From: Amoebophrya sp. A120 | Taxonomy: Eukaryota > Protista > Dinoflagellata | Assembly (NCBI GenBank): GCA_905178155.1 | Contig: CAJINV010000001.1 | Location: 2,470,089-2,534,088 of the forward strand | DNA length: 64,000 bases | Direction: 5' to 3' | Shown here: positions 59,872 to 64,000 of the stretch, in pieces | Position numbering within the stretch: the stretch's first letter is position 1 | How the letters are laid out: the number at the start of each line of letters is the position of its first letter | The notes under the pieces: generated by a model | What the model was told of the DNA's origin: nothing | The model's database searches: none | What the model saw: only the letters and a program-made list of their open reading frames with translations | Made by a program: the position numbers and the translations under genes

Positions 59872-62606
59872 CGAAGCGGGTTGTACTTGTACGGGTAAGA
59901 CTTCAAGTTCTACACATTCGAGATAGGTTTGCGGGAAAGCAAGTGAAAGTTAGGGCGTTTTCACTCATGAATAAAGATGTTGCTCATGATCTTTTGATCC
60001 TATCTTTTGCTTTTAGATCATCCCAAATATCAACGGTGGCGGAGCTCGGCTGTGGACGCTCAAAACCGGGGCCAATAAAAAAACACCCCTTGTTACCCTT
60101 CCCAGGTTTTGTTGGTGTGGCCCCCAAAAGATCACGGGGGATGAAAAAACCGGGATCCTTGCCCCCAAAGATCCCAATGTCAAGGGTAGGATCTGCACCA
60201 CTCGTCCGAGAACAAAAGCGGTAAGTGTGACTTCCCGAAAAAACAGTTTACGCAACTGCCACAATTTTTATCCACCTGAAAACTTGCGGTCGAAACGGAA
60301 AATAAAAGGGTGCTCCATCTGGTTCTTTCAAACCTGTAGTTTCAAATTCCGGCTATTCCTATTTCACCAAAACACTTCAGGTAAAAAGGACTGAGTTTCT
60401 CTCTTGCTTTTTCCATAGACTTCAAATAAGATGATCTTGATTCTCGCGTGCCTAGGGCGTATCGTGCTGAGCCGTATCTATTTATTCATCAGGTAGTTCT
60501 GCGTCTGCTGATGAAAAAGTTATAAGTGAAACTGTCGGGACTACCACTTTCGAATGCACCGCTGCGGCTCGCTCTAGGGCACTTCGAAACGCAGAGTTCG
60601 TTGCATGACACACGTGTTTTACTAGCTGCCTGTTGAAACTTTTTACAAAAACAAAGTAATCGCCAGTTCTTTTGAAATTTCGTACCCTTGCTGTGCAACT
60701 ACTTACCATCTGGGCACAAAGCAAAATAAGTAAATCGTGCTTTGGAGTAGAGTTAAAATAAAGTCTTTGTGAGTAGTTCTTTCGTCAAAATCTAAATTAT
60801 TCCACCTTGGAAATAAGCCCCCCAAAACTACACACTTGCAAGCAACCTGTACGTGCGTTTTGCCACGCGGACACAGTACATCTCCAAAACAAGCAAAAGG
60901 CGCACGCAAGGTGCAGGCAAGCATTGATCATTTCGGTTCTGAACCAGCAAAGGTCCCTCCCAATAAGCCCTTCCCCACTGAAAGTTCAATCATTGCAGGT
61001 GCGCGATGCAAACTTGAAACAAGTTTTACAAACTTGAGTCCCAAGCTTAATATCCGCGGCCCGCGCAGTTCATTTTCCCAACAGAAATGATGACAAATAT
61101 ATAACGAGAGTTGTAATAGGTGGTGGTGGCTCATCACGGTTTTGGTCGTGCGTACCAAGGGTTGACGCTCGCCTTCGATGAAGTAGATAGAAGGACGGCT
61201 CTATCTCATCGGAAGGCGCAGTTCTTATTTGTCTACTTGTTGCAGGAGAAGCACTTCTACACATTTCTACTCCACCACTACTTACCAGCTCAAGTGGAGG
61301 TGATACATAATGAAACTAGTTCACGACCGGCCGTTGTTGTAGTTCGATTTGATGCATTCGCGAAGGCTCCACGTAGCCTCAGTAAAAACACAACTTCAAA
61401 AAATGTATCAGGTTCGTAGCAAACGAGGGAAAAAAAAACTTGATGTGCCCGTCTGGGTCTGCCCACGGATTTTTTCCTAGTAAACTCTATCCGCCTCTTT
61501 TAATACCGCAAGCGCCTCATAAAATAAGACTTTTACAAGAGATGAACTTAGCTTCTCTATTGAGAGATTAGGGCATTTTTTCCTGTTTGAAAGTGGTTCT
61601 ACAAATTTCACTTATTACTTAAAATTCTTGGCCGTGTTTACGATCCAGTTCTGGTTCTGCGATTCTGCAGAGATTTCTATAGCAATGGATTTTCAAGCAG
61701 TGACTCCTTATGTCACTGTCCAAATTGACTACGTTGAAAATTTTTCAAAAACTCTTAAAACTCATCGCTGGCGCTCGCCCTCGCAGTGAAGAGAGCCCCC
61801 TTCACATGGCAAGAGCCTTACTAGATACTCCTCTCTAGAAACCAGCACGAGTTCCGGAAAATAGTACGAAAAATGCGGCTCCTTACTCAGCCTTGCAACC
61901 TTCAAATAAAGTTTATCTTCGGGCGAGAGTGGTTTATACTGCTGTTATTCTTCTTCATGATATACGATTCTTAAAAATTCTGCAACATGGATTACTTGAA
62001 TTCATTCCTTGAAACGATAAGCTGCTCCTTTCCATCGGTTCTTGTAAAATTTCTCATAAGCATTTCCATTTTATAAATAATTGTTCTCGCTTTCGAGTGG
62101 ACGACGTGGGCTCTTTGATATTCCGCAGTTTTTCGAAACTTTCGGCTCCTCGTGCTTATTGCTCTCATTCTTCTTGAAGTTTGCTATAATTCGTGGTTCC
62201 CGCAAAAATTGGCTCTGGTCGTCTGTTTATCTTACAGTCTCATAATCATGAATAGGTGTAAAACGACGTCCTGCTGGCGCTACTGCTGGATGGTACGGCT
62301 ACGCTGCAAGCTATTTGCTTCTACCAGCCCTCACGGCCTGCAAGTTTGTTGAAATAAAGACTGCTTTCCAAGACATTGCGCTCACGCACGGCAACTGTTT
62401 CAAGCATACGGAAACTTCTAATGAATCGATAGTGCCAAGGCAGCGAGCTCGCAAAAAAAGCAGCTTCAGGAAAAAGTGCATGGATAGAGATCGTGACAAA
62501 TCAAAAGTAACCCAAGCAAACCGGCAACAACCAGTTGAGAAAGCATCGCTTGGTTGCCCCCTCAGCACAAGCAATAGAAAACTTCGACATAAACGTAGTT
62601 CTACTT

Positions 62607-64000
62607 CTACCCGTATGGATTACAGATTCCGCCCCCAAAGCTACTTGTCGGGGAAGCGGAAATCGGCGGCAACCCGACTAATTCAACTCCGTCCGCCGCC
62701 CCGATGCAGGCGAGGTTTTGCTTCTCGAAGTAGCTGATGTGTGCGATGGGTTTGTTTGCGCCCGCGTCGTACTCCAGAACGTTACGCGCTCGCGTGTTCA
62801 TGAGAGCGTTTTGCTGCTGCTGTGCCTGAGCTTGCGCTTGTGCCGCGACCGCTGCAGCATCCACTGCGCCGGCGGTATTTCCTGTAGTTCCTGTCATCCC
62901 CGGCTGGAGCACTGGTCCAGTACTTGACGTCCCGCCTGGATTTGTACTACTATTCAGGCTGAAACTATTCGGATCGACCAAAAATTGTGGCCGCACGTCA
63001 AACACCGACACCAGTCCGTCATTCGAGCCAACCAGCAGATGCGCCCGGTCCATCCAAGCAATCGAGTTCGCAGGTGTGTTGGGCATGTGGGTTAAGGCCA
63101 TAGAGGGCTTCCGAATGTCCAGCACGATCACGCCAACGCCGTCCTGTTTTAATTATTATTGTACACAATTTTTATATCTCCACGCGGCTGCAGAAGATCT
63201 TGTCGTGCAATAAATGATATGCCGCAAATAATCCAACATACATGTACATTCGCAAGGAGAACAGAAAAAAAGAATTCTTCTCCCCGCAAACTCCTAAAAC
63301 CCTACCTGAGCGACCACGGCTGCCATCAGGTTCGTGTCGAATTCGTTCCAGGCGAGCCGCAGCAACGGGGCGGAAGACTCGTAGATGATGGTGGAATGAT
63401 CTAAATTTTTCTGATCAAACAACCGCACGGACCCGTCCGCGCCGACGGACGAGAATAAGTTATCAAGCGTCGGCGAGAAGGCAATGTCGTAGACCGCGCG
63501 GTCGTGGGCGATCAGTTGGGTTTCGATCTTCTGCTTTTCCAGGTTCCAGATCGTGCACGTCGTGTCCACGCTGGAAGTTCCCAATTTGTGCCGGTTTTGC
63601 TGTGATAGATTGCACTTGATGTTGATCTCCCGTTACATTATTTTGCTGGCGCGAAGATCATACCTGAAACAAAAGAACAAATCTTGATCTGTCACAAAAC
63701 ATAGTACAACTCAGCAGCCCGGTCAATATCTTTTTCTTTGGATTCTCTATAATACCGGGCACCAATGGAAGCTGGTCAGCGGCGGCAGTTCCAGTTGCGT
63801 CATTTGCGTCCTCGCCTGGTTCAGCACCGCCACCTCCTTCAACTGGCCCTGCTGTTCCTGGTCCCCCGGGTAGTACCGCCAAAGGCGGAGAGTCTGTCCC
63901 GTGCCGGCCAGGAGATCCTGTTCCCACATCAGCTTCGTGACCGGAAACGCCACATCCGCCTCCGCGACCTTGTGAAAGGAACCGGACTCCATGTTCTCCT
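62607..64000 (-). CDS. DCAF7: WD40 protein DCAF7/WDR68 (AN11/TTG1 family), 5'-partial, multi-exon
   Basis: [23 protein letters not shown]...[27 protein letters not shown]...[18 protein letters not shown], and VLDIRKP. Confidence 0.92.

Overview
Eukaryotic, intron-containing, gene-dense DNA. All ~18 recognisable gene models lie on the minus strand. The architecture resembles the parasitic dinoflagellate Amoebophrya (Syndiniales); this is an inference, not a database match. The dominant feature is a set of 17 non-coding 206-314 bp elements with terminal inverted repeats (TAT...ATA ends, 5 TIR families) and 5-bp flanking direct repeats. Every copy sits inside a coding exon, and removing the element plus one direct repeat restores the reading frame. 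No register within the direct repeat gives GT-AG. Copies of the same family occur in both orientations relative to transcription, and all families share an internal GCAT(G/C)ACA motif, pointing to introner-like non-canonical introns removed by an orientation-independent mechanism. Ordinary GT-AG introns coexist in the same genes. Splicing these out reveals a ~2,140-aa protein with ~28 DWSxxGxP repeats that I do not recognise. Other genes: RING/TRAF zinc finger, MIT-like protein, large MFS transporter, DUF3431-like protein, RNase HI fusion, alpha/beta hydrolase, TPR-like protein, ER DnaJ, SEC13, LRR-IQ protein, SHIPPO-like protein and DCAF7/WDR68. Gene models were assembled by hand and have no transcript support.
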